A stretch of DNA of 64,000 nt from an uncultured Mucilaginibacter sp. (GCA_903891475.1 CAITEP010000015.1:32334-96333), one strand, 5' to 3'. Counted from the stretch's first letter, positions 1 to 9,340 are shown. Notes: generated from the sequence alone by a model not told the origin. Numbers and translations: made by a program.

Positions 1-41
1 TATCAATCCCGCCCAAAACCCAACTTTATAAATTGATTTAT

Positions 42-1100
42 TCATGCTGAAATTGATGCTAGTAGTAGGCTATTTATCAATAAATCGCTAAATTTTTCCT
101 TTTCTTCAATATTGGCAAAATGAGCGGAGTTTTCGAACCAAACTAGTTCTTTATGCGGAGCCTCAATTATATTAAAATAAGGTTCGGCAAGTATGGATGG
201 TACTTCATAATCATGTCTTCCCAAAACAAAATATATGGGCATTTTAAATATGGTAGCCTGCTTTGTTAGGTCGATGGTTAAAAGTTGCTGCCATAGCAAT
301 TTATTGGAGGCAAATATTCCTCTAAAAAAATTCACCTTATCAATCAGACTATATTCGGTAGCAAAAATTAAGCTCTTTAAAATTAAAGGCATTGCCCCTT
401 TTTTACTCCCGTATAACTCTCCGCCAAATTTTCCGAGTAAGCCACGTTGGGTTATCAGTTTTTTTAGCCAATCGCCTGTGTATGGGGGAGAGCCTATTTT
501 GGTAAGTGTTTTTATAGCTTGTTCATCCTTGGCTTTGGTAGCTTGTGCCAAAGTCCATTCGTACGATACGCGTTCATTATCATACATGTTAACAATCTGT
601 CCAATCCCAATATATGCATAAAATAAATCAGGGAATTTTTGCACACTAAGCACCCCAATGGCACTACCCCAAGAGTGCCCAACTAAAAATATTTTTTTTT
701 GATTAAATCGATCGCAAAGTAATTTTGTTAATTCACCCGTATCTAAAACAAACTGGTTGATAGTGATGGATGCATGCGGATTGATGGCCTCGAAGGATTT
801 GCCTGCTCCTCGCTGATCCCAAGTAACAACTAAAAAATGCTTTTCTAATTCTTGGGTATACTTTCTCAAAAGAAACATCTCTGAAGAGCCTGGTCCACCA
901 TGCAAAAAAAGAAGGATTGGTTTGGTTATATCTGCACCTCTAATAAGTATCCATTGTTCTTTTTCGCCAATGATCACTTTTTCAAGTGATGCGATGCTGC
1001 CCGGTACCTTATTCCCTTGTTTATCCTTTATGGAGAGAGTAAACCCTGGAATTAAGATCAAGGTTATGATGATGATAACAGTTACTATAATGAATAACAT
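42..1100 (-). CDS. alpha/beta-fold hydrolase, prolyl-aminopeptidase-like, with N-terminal membrane anchor
   Basis: 352-aa ORF with oxyanion-hole motif LFLHGGPGSS, nucleophile elbow GHSWGS and a hydrophobic N-terminus. Confidence 0.8.
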   Translation of the reverse strand: MLFIIVTVIIIITLILIPGFTLSIKDKQGNKVPGSIASLEKVIIGEKEQWILIRGADITKPILLFLHGGPGSSEMFLLRKYTQELEKHFLVVTWDQRGAGKSFEAINPHASITINQFVLDTGELTKLLCDRFNQKKIFLVGHSWGSAIGVLSVQKFPDLFYAYIGIGQIVNMYDNERVSYEWTLAQATKAKDEQAIKTLTKIGSPPYTGDWLKKLITQRGLLGKFGGELYGSKKGAMPLILKSLIFATEYSLIDKVNFFRGIFASNKLLWQQLLTIDLTKQATIFKMPIYFVLGRHDYEVPSILAEPYFNIIEAPHKELVWFENSAHFANIEEKEKFSDLLINSLLLASISA

Positions 1101-1141
1101 AAAATCATAAGATTAAAATTCGCTTGGTTTACAGATTGTTC

Positions 1142-1720
1142 TTACATCATTTTGTTACCCATTGTTTCCACTTTTTTTAACCAATTATTTCTGAATTCGA
1201 TGGTTGAATTACGAATTGGCTCTATGTAAGTAACCTTAACAGGTTTAATTCCGCAAAATTCTAACACTGTTTTTTTAAGCTGATTGATGCTAGGTCGGCC
1301 AAATACCAACCAATAATACCAGCTAGGCTGATCGAGGGTGGTAATGATATGGGCAGTTTTTCCAATGAGCAACTTATCCCACCAAACAGAGTTTTCTTTA
1401 TATTGAAAGGCAAAGCCGGGTAAAAAAGTCCTGTCAATAAAACCCTTGGTAATAGCAGGTAGTCCGCCCCACCAAACCGGATGTACCCAAACCAAATGAT
1501 CCGCCCATTTTATTTTTTGCTGACATTCTAATAGGTCGGGTTCTAATTCGCTTTTTTCTTCGTAACCCAATTCTAGGTTAGGATTAAAATTTAAATTACC
1601 AATAATGATTTCTTTAACCTCGGCATCCGATTTTATAACTCCTCTTTTATAGGCTTCGGCCAAACTATGGCAAAAACTATCGGCACTTGGGTGTCCATTG
1701 ATAATTAATATCTTTTTCAT
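1142..1720 (-). CDS. NAD(P)H dehydrogenase (quinone)/flavodoxin-like-fold FMN reductase
   Basis: 192-aa ORF. The N-terminus KILIINGHPSADSF is typical of the Flavodoxin_2 (KefF/MdaB-like) family. Confidence 0.75.
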   Translation of the reverse strand: MKKILIINGHPSADSFCHSLAEAYKRGVIKSDAEVKEIIIGNLNFNPNLELGYEEKSELEPDLLECQQKIKWADHLVWVHPVWWGGLPAITKGFIDRTFLPGFAFQYKENSVWWDKLLIGKTAHIITTLDQPSWYYWLVFGRPSINQLKKTVLEFCGIKPVKVTYIEPIRNSTIEFRNNWLKKVETMGNKMM

Positions 1721-1751
1721 TTTTTATAAATAATTTAGATAAGTGGCTTTT

Positions 1752-2867
1752 TTAAATCTGTACAATCTTATCAACCGCTCGCCTTAGCGATACCGGATTT
1801 GGATACTCTTTCACATAACCAATTCGCAACATAAATTGTATGTTTTCATTAATTCCAAGTAATTGGTTGATTGATGCCAAGGTTGTGGGTTCTTCCAATA
1901 TTTGCGACATGGGGTGCATAGCAATGTTTTTATCATGCACCTTTAAAAACAATCTTTGCATTTGCTTTCCGGTTTCAATCAAACTTGCTACCGAATTATC
2001 CTTACTGGTTATCAACATCCAACCGGCTGATTGTGATACCTGCTTTATTACGTTACTTATATTTTGTTCTCTGAATTTATTGTCCATTACACTTGCTTTG
2101 TCATAAAAATTCCTTACCACCCAGCCCGGAATACCGCTTATATCCATACTGGCGGTAGTTAATCCATCGCGTTTTTTTTCTGCTTCACTACTCGAAAACC
2201 GTATCCAATTGGCCAACTCCCTTTCGGCAGGGTTCCGGTACGATTGAAGTTTGTTTGATTCAATGGTTTGTTCATTTATGATCTGATAGTTGCTATCAGT
2301 ATTTGGAATAAAATTAAATACATCAAATTCTCCACTCAATAAATAGTTGAGATCTTCCACTTTTAATGGCTTATTAAGGTAATTGGCTCTAACGGTTCTT
2401 CTTTGTTTTATTTTTTGGATATAATATTTGGTTTTATAATCGGTTTTTGTCAATGCTACCTTCATCACGTGTTCGTCTTGATTGGTGGTGGCAAGCAAAG
2501 TAAAATCAGATTTGTAACCTAAACTGCTCGCAGCAAATTCTAAGTTTTGGATAAAGGCACCGATAGATAAAATTGTTTCCCGTTGGTGCGGATCAACAGC
2601 AGGTAACCACCTGGTTTTATCATTACAAATAATCCAATGATAAGGCTCGATGTATTTAATAAACCAAGGTTGTGCATTATGCCCGCTGGGAGCCAAAGAG
2701 GCTAAGAACATAATTTCTTCCTCATCGGCACTTAAAGATAATTTCCTTGTTTTCTTAGTTTTAATATCTTCTCGGGTAAAGTTGCTGGTATCGCTCGCTA
2801 AATAAAATGTAGAACCAGCTATTACAACGGTACTTGCAAGCACGCCTAGAAACATTTTTCTGTTCAT
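1752..2867 (-). CDS. nitroreductase-superfamily (Acg-like) FMN oxidoreductase with N-terminal signal/anchor
   Basis: 371-aa ORF. It has a hydrophobic N-terminus and duplicated nitroreductase-like halves (GHNAQPW..., RRTVRANY...). Confidence 0.6.
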   Translation of the reverse strand: MNRKMFLGVLASTVVIAGSTFYLASDTSNFTREDIKTKKTRKLSLSADEEEIMFLASLAPSGHNAQPWFIKYIEPYHWIICNDKTRWLPAVDPHQRETILSIGAFIQNLEFAASSLGYKSDFTLLATTNQDEHVMKVALTKTDYKTKYYIQKIKQRRTVRANYLNKPLKVEDLNYLLSGEFDVFNFIPNTDSNYQIINEQTIESNKLQSYRNPAERELANWIRFSSSEAEKKRDGLTTASMDISGIPGWVVRNFYDKASVMDNKFREQNISNVIKQVSQSAGWMLITSKDNSVASLIETGKQMQRLFLKVHDKNIAMHPMSQILEEPTTLASINQLLGINENIQFMLRIGYVKEYPNPVSLRRAVDKIVQI

Positions 2868-3091
2868 GGTTTTTAAATGTTAGTATGATGCAAACAAAGA
2901 GCAGGTGGTGTATTGGAAATGGAATATTCGCTTTTTATATAAGAGAACAATTTAATTCTCTGATAATTTTTCGCTAGTAACTAATTGATTTTGTAAATTA
3001 TAACATAAGCCCATCAAATTAGTTTTCATAATTTTTTGTAATTGATTGTTTATATTGAGGTAGACTTACTTAAGCATAAATTTTCAAAATC

Positions 3092-3457
3092 TTATTCATA
3101 ACCACTTTTTATAATCGTTTGTATCATTTTAAAACGCCCATCTGGCTTGATGTAGTTTGATAAATGTGCCGGAATAATAATTCCATCGCCACAATTAAGA
3201 AAATGCGAAACCTTATCAATCACCATTTCAGCCTTCCCTTCCACAATTTGCGCGTAAATATCGAACGGGGATGTTTTCTCGGTCAGTCCTTCACCATAAT
3301 CGAACGACATGATGCTGATGTTGCCGTTAGATTTTTTGATAATAGTTTTTATCACCACCGAATTTGGCACATACTCAATAATTTCAACAATAATATGTGC
3401 TTTACCTTTTTCCAATTCCGAATTATCGGCAATTGGTTGTTCATTATCGGGTTTCAT
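3092..3457 (-). CDS. cupin-domain protein
   Basis: 121-aa ORF with beta-rich sequence and a cupin-type segment GDGIIIPAH. Confidence 0.6.
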   Translation of the reverse strand: MKPDNEQPIADNSELEKGKAHIIVEIIEYVPNSVVIKTIIKKSNGNISIMSFDYGEGLTEKTSPFDIYAQIVEGKAEMVIDKVSHFLNCGDGIIIPAHLSNYIKPDGRFKMIQTIIKSGYE

Positions 3458-3885
3458 ATGGGCTGATTTAATGATTTTAAATAATGCATAAAGGTGAGAA
3501 CAGCCATTGCTAATTCATTACACAAAACCTACTATCTGTTACATCATTCACACATCATATTCATATCCTAATTGCTATTAATTATGTAGGAAATGTATAG
3601 ATTAAGCAATAAAAACGATTTTATAATAAACCTTTTAGTCATTTTGGTGTTATTAAAATTATTAGCGCTTAAAATGCTTTATGGTGATTTTTTATAATAA
3701 AAAGAAAAAATATTATATGAAAGCAACGTGATTTAAGTCACTCATTAAAGTAACCAAAACGGTATTTAATAAAAGCACATAATATATCTTTACATGCAAT
3801 GGAATAGCAATAGGAATTTACAAACGCGTTTTAATGCGAGCCTGCCTTGTTTCAAGTTTTATAACGAGTTTAAAAAAGATAAAAC

Positions 3886-4446
3886 ATGAAGCTTTACATT
3901 AAAAACATGGTTTGCATCCGTTGTAAAATGGTGGTGAAACAAGAATTGAAGAAACTATCAATTCACCATAAAACCATTGAATTGGGTGAAGTAGAGGTAA
4001 TGGGCGAACTTAACCAGCAACAGGTAATTGACCTGAAAAAGGGACTTCATAAATTTGGACTTGAACTAATGGATGACAGAAAAAGCATCCTGATAGAAAG
4101 AATAAAAAAAGTAATTATTGAAGTAATACATTATACAGATGAACCTTTAAAAGTTAATTTTTCCAATCATTTAAGCGAAAAATTAAATTATGATTATACC
4201 TATTTGGCCAATCTGTTTTCGGAAGTGGAGGGGATCAATATTGAGCATTATATCATCATCCATAAAATTGAACGCGTAAAGGAACTTTTGGTATATAACG
4301 AGCTTACGCTAAAAGAAATGTCGTACCTGATGCATTATAGTAGTGTAGCGCATTTATGCAATCAGTTTAAAAAAATTACAGGCTTAAGTCCCTCGCACTT
4401 TAGAAAGGTTAAGGCTAACCGCCAAATGGGTTTATTAAATCCTTGA
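3886..4446 (+). CDS. AraC/XylS-family transcriptional regulator with N-terminal HMA-like CxxC module
   Basis: 186-aa ORF. The C-terminus has an AraC HTH (HYSSVAHLCNQFKKITGLSPSHFRK). The N-terminus MKLYIKNMVCIRCKMVV resembles a heavy-metal-associated fold with CxxC. Confidence 0.8.
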   Translation: MKLYIKNMVCIRCKMVVKQELKKLSIHHKTIELGEVEVMGELNQQQVIDLKKGLHKFGLELMDDRKSILIERIKKVIIEVIHYTDEPLKVNFSNHLSEKLNYDYTYLANLFSEVEGINIEHYIIIHKIERVKELLVYNELTLKEMSYLMHYSSVAHLCNQFKKITGLSPSHFRKVKANRQMGLLNP

Positions 4447-4466
4447 TGGTGGTTAGGGGTTTGTTT

Positions 4467-4543
4467 GATTGGGTTAGATTATGTTGATTGAGTTAGATTA
4501 AGTTGACTGAGTTGGATTAAGTTAGAATTGGTTGTTAAATTGG
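4467..4543 (+). repeat. 19-bp tandem repeat, three good copies plus a degenerate fourth, inside a C-depleted tract
   Basis: The units are gattgggttagattatgtt (4467-4485), gattgagttagattaagtt (4486-4504) and gactgagttggattaagtt (4505-4523). Neighbouring units match at 17/19. The plus strand lacks C over 4443-4506 and 4508-4548. Confidence 0.8.
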
Positions 4544-4546
4544 TTT

Positions 4547-4573
4547 TTCGCATGTTAGGGATGCGAATTTTTT
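4547..4573 (+). terminator. putative intrinsic terminator after the AraC-family gene
   Basis: 7-bp stem ttcgcat/atgcgaa with a 7-nt loop, followed by tttttt (4568-4573). Confidence 0.45.
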
Positions 4574-4604
4574 AGAATGATTTTTCAAAAACCCGTTACT
4601 GCAT

Positions 4605-5042
4605 CTAACTTGCCTCCATATACCAATTTATAATATTTTCCATTTTTTTGTACTTGAATATTGTGGTAATGATTTTTTGCAGGCGGGTAAAGGCCGTTTC
4701 ACTCTTAATTACATAATCAAAAGCCAGGTGATGCATACAGTTTATGGCTACCTCAATTTTATCCTGAGAGGAGAGCATCACCACAGCAATTTCAGAATTA
4801 TGAGCTTTTATTTTGTCGAGGGTTTCAATGCCATTCATAGCGGATTTATCAATGCCATCAAGGTGATAGTCCAGTATAATTATTTCAGGGTTTTGCGATA
4901 GGTTTGCTATACATAGTTCGCCAGTTGCAAATGTTTTAATCATAAAATCGGCATGTTGTAGAAAATCTATTTCTAATGACTTTAGAAATAATACATCATC
5001 ATCCACCAGAAAAATTTTTATCTTTTCGTTTGTAGTTATCAT
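4605..5042 (-). CDS. stand-alone response-regulator receiver protein
   Basis: 145-aa ORF with REC motifs (KIFLVDDD ... IILDYHL ... K). Its start overlaps the stop of the upstream kinase gene by 4 nt. Confidence 0.85.
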   Translation of the reverse strand: MITTNEKIKIFLVDDDVLFLKSLEIDFLQHADFMIKTFATGELCIANLSQNPEIIILDYHLDGIDKSAMNGIETLDKIKAHNSEIAVVMLSSQDKIEVAINCMHHLAFDYVIKSETAFTRLQKIITTIFKYKKMENIINWYMEAS

Positions 5043-7465
5043 TTAGTTCTTTTTAAGGCCTTTAACTCCTCTATTAATTCTTTGCAGGCTCGCCAGCATA
5101 TTTTTTCCAGTTGCATTGTCAATTCGTGTATTTCCATATTGAATAGCAGATTGGTATTCAATTGTATCATGGTAAGCGGCATATGTTCAATTATTTCGGT
5201 CTCGGCTGCTTCACAACTGCGTGAAAGTTCTTGGATTTTTTTTGCCATATTTTCAAATTCATTGCTAATTCCCATTATGGAGAACGAAGGAATTAATTTA
5301 TGTACTGCTGATGCCAATACTGTCCAATTTTTGTGTTTTAACCCTTGTCTCATAGCAACAATTAAAGGAGGCGTTTGTTCCAAGTATAATGAAATCATTT
5401 CCATCATTAATTTCGGGTTTGACTTGGTTCGGCTCTTTAAAAAATCGAGGTTGGTACATTTCAAATTCTTGGGTTTGTGAACAATTTTTTTGTTATAATC
5501 CCCATTATTCTCCCCTTTAATAGCTGCATTAATCCCTGCCGACCGCGGCTCCGCTTTTTTTACATACTCTACAATCTTACTATATAACAAACGTTCGTCA
5601 ACCGGTTTTGCCAAATAATCATTCATACCCACTGCTCTACATTTTTCCAAATCAACCGTTGTTACATCGGCAGTTAAAGCTATAATTGGAATGCATGGGT
5701 TTATTTTGCTACGAATGTATGCGGTAGCCTCAAAACCATTCATTTCAGGCATCTGTAAATCCATTAAAATGATGTCGAATGGTTTGGTAAATTCGTTAAT
5801 TTGCTGCGTTAATTTTTCGATTGCCGCTAGGCCGTTCATGGCAATATGGCATTCAAAGCCAAAATCATCCAAAAAGGTTTTCATCAATAGTTGATTTAAG
5901 GGGATGTCTTCAACTACCAATACTTTTAAGTTTTTAATTTCGGTATCTAATGCTATTATTTCTAATTCGGATGCTGGTTTAGCCATCGTTTTTTCAAAAT
6001 CTAGTATAAAACTAAAAGTAGAGCCTTTATTAATCTCACTTTTTAAATTAATGGTACCACCCTGTTGTTCAACCAATTGCTTTACAATGGCAAGCCCTAA
6101 GCCAGTGCCACCAAATAACCTCGCGGTACTGCTGGAGGCTTGCTGAAAGCTTTCAAAAATACTTTCGAGCTTATTTTCTTCTACACCTATGCCAGTATCT
6201 GTTACCGAAAACTTTATCTTTTCGGTATTAGCGTCATTATGGGGTACCCGGCATACCCTTACCGTAATTATTCCGTTTGCGGTAAACTTTACCGCATTGC
6301 TTAACAGGTTTAAAATAATTTGGTGTAGCCTAATTGGGTCGCCAACCAACACTTCCGGAATATGATGGTCGTACTCTTTAACAAGTTTTAAATTCTTTTC
6401 CTCAATTTTTGTTTCAAACAAATGCAGCATGGACGATATGGAGGCCGCCAATTTGAAGGGGGTTTTTTCGAACGACATTTTTCCGGCTTCCAGCTTTGCC
6501 AGGTTAAGGATATCGTTTATAAGCACAATCAAGGCATCGCCACTAATTTTTATGGCATTTAAATATTCTTCCTGTTTTGCCGTTAAATTGGTTTTCAGCA
6601 TCACCTTAGTAAAGCCAATAATGGCATTCATAGGTGTGCGTATTTCATGGCTCATGGTTGAAAGGAATTGTTGTTTCGCCTTCACTGCCACTTCAGCTAT
6701 TTGAGTAGCTTTTTCGGCCTTTACCTTGGCTTCAATTAGCTCTTTGTTATCAATTTCGCGCTTCTCTTTTTCTTTTGTTTGAAAATCGAGTTCAATGTTA
6801 GCAATCACCAATTCAGCAGCTCGTTTTTCCTTCTCCTCGGTTTCAAATAATAGTTCTTCATTCGCGATAAATAATTCCGCGGCCCGCTTACCTTTCTCGT
6901 CGGTTTCAAATAACAGTTCTTCGTTGGCTATAAATAGTTCGGCAGCCCGTTTTTCCTTCTCATTGTTTTGGAAGGCCAGTTCGGTATTAGCAATTGTCAG
7001 CTCATTTGCTCGTTTTTCTTTCTCATCATTTTGGAAAGAGAGTTCCCGATTAGCAATGCTGAGTTCTTGGGCACGTTTCTCTTTTTCATCGTTCTGAAAG
7101 GCAAGCTCATGATTTGCAATGCTGAGTTCTTGTGCCCGCTTTTCTTTTTCATCGTTCTGAAAAGCAAGTTCATGGTTTGCAATGCTTAATTCTTGCGCGC
7201 GTTTTTCCTTTTCATCATTCTGAAAGGCAAGCTCTTTGTTGGCAATAATTAAATCGGCGGCGCGCTTTTCTTTTTCTTCGTTTTGAAATATAAGTTCCTG
7301 ATTATTAATGCTTAATTCCGCTGCTCGCTTACTTTTTTCGTTTATTTCGTGGGCAAGTTCCTCCCGGGTATAAAAAAGTGCCAAGGTTAGCTTTTCTTTT
7401 TCCTCCCTTTCAAAAGCAAGTTCCTTTTGTACCAGGATTAATTCACTCGCATCGGAGTTTGCCAT
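5039..7465 (-). CDS. hybrid sensor histidine kinase (coiled-coil repeats - HisKA - HATPase_c - REC - Hpt)
   Basis: 808-aa ORF. It has an H-box SHEIRTPMN, G-boxes DTGIGV and GGTGLGLAIV, a receiver segment VLVVEDIPLNQ...ILMDLQMPEMNG, and an Hpt-like VHKLIPSFSIMGI. No TM segment is present. Confidence 0.9.
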   Translation of the reverse strand: MANSDASELILVQKELAFEREEKEKLTLALFYTREELAHEINEKSKRAAELSINNQELIFQNEEKEKRAADLIIANKELAFQNDEKEKRAQELSIANHELAFQNDEKEKRAQELSIANHELAFQNDEKEKRAQELSIANRELSFQNDEKEKRANELTIANTELAFQNNEKEKRAAELFIANEELLFETDEKGKRAAELFIANEELLFETEEKEKRAAELVIANIELDFQTKEKEKREIDNKELIEAKVKAEKATQIAEVAVKAKQQFLSTMSHEIRTPMNAIIGFTKVMLKTNLTAKQEEYLNAIKISGDALIVLINDILNLAKLEAGKMSFEKTPFKLAASISSMLHLFETKIEEKNLKLVKEYDHHIPEVLVGDPIRLHQIILNLLSNAVKFTANGIITVRVCRVPHNDANTEKIKFSVTDTGIGVEENKLESIFESFQQASSSTARLFGGTGLGLAIVKQLVEQQGGTINLKSEINKGSTFSFILDFEKTMAKPASELEIIALDTEIKNLKVLVVEDIPLNQLLMKTFLDDFGFECHIAMNGLAAIEKLTQQINEFTKPFDIILMDLQMPEMNGFEATAYIRSKINPCIPIIALTADVTTVDLEKCRAVGMNDYLAKPVDERLLYSKIVEYVKKAEPRSAGINAAIKGENNGDYNKKIVHKPKNLKCTNLDFLKSRTKSNPKLMMEMISLYLEQTPPLIVAMRQGLKHKNWTVLASAVHKLIPSFSIMGISNEFENMAKKIQELSRSCEAAETEIIEHMPLTMIQLNTNLLFNMEIHELTMQLEKICWRACKELIEELKALKRTK
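6755..7441 (-). repeat. about 10 tandem 63-bp (21-codon) coding repeats at the 5' end of the kinase gene
   Basis: The repeat consensus is ELxIANxELxFQNxEKEKRAx. The conserved Leu recurs at residues 51, 72, 93, 114, 135, 156, 177, 198 and 219. Confidence 0.9.
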
Positions 7466-9021
7466 TTTTTTATTGCTTTAAACAAATTATTTAATTTTTA
7501 GTTATTAGTTTTATCAGCCATATACCTAATCATCCAACACGTAGCTAGATAATTTTAGCTAATGCTGAAAGGGTATTGTAGCCGGTTAAATTGATTGTTT
7601 TTTTAATCGCAAGTTGCTCAATTTAAAGGGATTAACTTATTTATATCTTTTCGGTTGTTGTTAACATCTTTATCCTGTTATTGTGCTAATTGTGACTCGG
7701 TTAAGCTTTTATAGAGGGCCAGCGCTATATTCAAATTGCTATTTTTGTATTCCAAAAGGTTATACTTAAAGCTATTTTAACATTCAATTCCTTTTAACAT
7801 TTATAGCTTATGTTTATAACCACCTTATTTTGACTTATTAAGGACAACAAGCATTTGAAGTATTTGTTTTAATTTTTGGCGTTTTTTAAAATATGTTAAC
7901 CACTTTACTTTATAATTCGCTCTTATTTAGTACTTTAAAATTATAGGTACAAATTTTAAGAGGGCATAGAATTAAAAATTGAAATGAAATGGGTTTAATA
8001 AACCTATATTTATTTATAGAAATAACTGTTTGAGTTTTATATTGGCTTGTTTTTTATTAGTAATTAATATAAAATCAAAATAATTATTGATTTAAATTTA
8101 ATAACCAAAACAACCTGAATTTTTTGCTAATGAATATTTAGTACTCAATAATAAGGTTACAGTTAATTGATGTTGAACCTTGCTCGGGATTTTATAAAAT
8201 ATTAAAATCTAAAATAATTCATTATTAATAAGGGTATTATAGAAAAGTTAATCTAATATTATTGCTCAAAAATATAGTCATAATTCAAGCCAAATGCATC
8301 TACTTTAGTTTTTTAAAATACTGAATATAATAAGCCAAGTAAATTTAATAAATATGTTAGGCAAAGCAATCAATCACCAAAAGCCTATGAACTGCAGTAA
8401 ATGGGTCAAAATTCTAATTTAAATCATCTATTAACTATTTTGTTTATTATGGTTATTTAGATAAATCAATTATAAAATTAGGAATCTTAAAAATATATGT
8501 AAATCTTCTAATTTGTTTGCACTCTGTTTACACCACTCCGGTTAATAAGCTTTCAATAAATTGATTAATAGGCCTTTAAAATCACCAACCGAGTCCCAGT
8601 GGGATTACAAAATCGAACTAAAGAATAAGCCAAAATAATTATTGGAAGAGTAAACATACCGCAAGCATAAAATATGGACTAAGCATGACTTAAAAAAGCT
8701 TAAAACGAATTTTCAAAAGGTTAAAGTTTTGAAATTAATATCACGATTCGTAAAGCTTTTTCTTAATCAACTGAAGTATACATTAACCAAAGTTATGAAG
8801 GAATATTTAGCCTTATAAGTTTAGTGTAGCATATCTAAATATAAGAGCCTTACCTAAAATAAGTCAGCACAATCCACATATAATAGAAAATTTGCAAACA
8901 CTGCATTTAATTTAATAACTAATAAGTATATGTTTAGTGGGTTGTCTTTGTCTAAAAATAATTAAGCAAAGTCTTATTTAGTCCTTTTAAGTATATAGAA
9001 CCTTAATAAAACCCAACCAAA

Positions 9022-9043
9022 ATGTTGGACTAATGTTGGACTA
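9022..9043 (+). repeat. 11-bp perfect tandem duplication
   Basis: atgttggacta occurs at 9022-9032 and again at 9033-9043. Confidence 0.8.
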
Positions 9044-9080
9044 AAATAAACGAGGCTTTCAGAAGTTACTCTAAAAGCCT
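9043..9080 (-). terminator. putative terminator downstream of tRNA-Ala
   Basis: The minus strand reads aggctttt-loop-aaagcct (7-bp stem, plus-strand coordinates 9053-9059 and 9074-9080), followed by cgtttatttt. Confidence 0.45.
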
Positions 9081-9090
9081 GATTATCAAG

Positions 9091-9164
<74 letters not shown>

Positions 9165-9303
9165 GTGTAAAAATTGCTAATCCTTTACTATAGCAGTAAA
9201 ACCGTTTAGCGGAGGGCAAAAATAGTAAATTTTATACAATAGCCAAGTGTATTTTTATAATTGATAATGAAGGATTGTTTTAAAATTGTTAGCAAATTGT
9301 TAT

Positions 9304-9340
9304 AAAAAAGTAAAGCCCCTGATGGGCAGGGGCCTTTACT
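9304..9340 (-). terminator. strong intrinsic terminator with no gene to terminate
   Basis: The minus strand reads gtaaaggcccctg-cccat-caggggctttac, giving 7+5 bp with one bulge and a GC-rich core. It is followed by TTTTTT (A-run 9304-9309 on the plus strand). Confidence 0.7.

Noticed and set aside
235-621. Numerous antisense or out-of-frame ORFs of 60-150 aa in the track (e.g. 235-621, 1840-2106, 11385-11762, 25454-25810, 27233-27673, 46362-46832, 51836-52252, 58738-59121, 62483-62833)
   Set aside because: Each is nested within a longer ORF on the other strand or frame that carries recognisable family motifs. Their translations are low-complexity and lack motifs, so they are shadow ORFs.
4467-4543. 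Possible CRISPR array (regular short repeats)
   Set aside because: The 19-bp units are directly contiguous with no spacers, there are only three to four copies, and no cas genes are present. It is a simple tandem repeat.
6795-7189. Three plus-strand ORFs (6795-7097, 6968-7189 and the 6997-7182 minus alternate frame) with repetitive Ser/Phe-rich translations
   Set aside because: They lie entirely within the 63-bp repeat array of the kinase gene and simply inherit open frames from the periodic sequence. The kinase frame has clear domain motifs and these do not.
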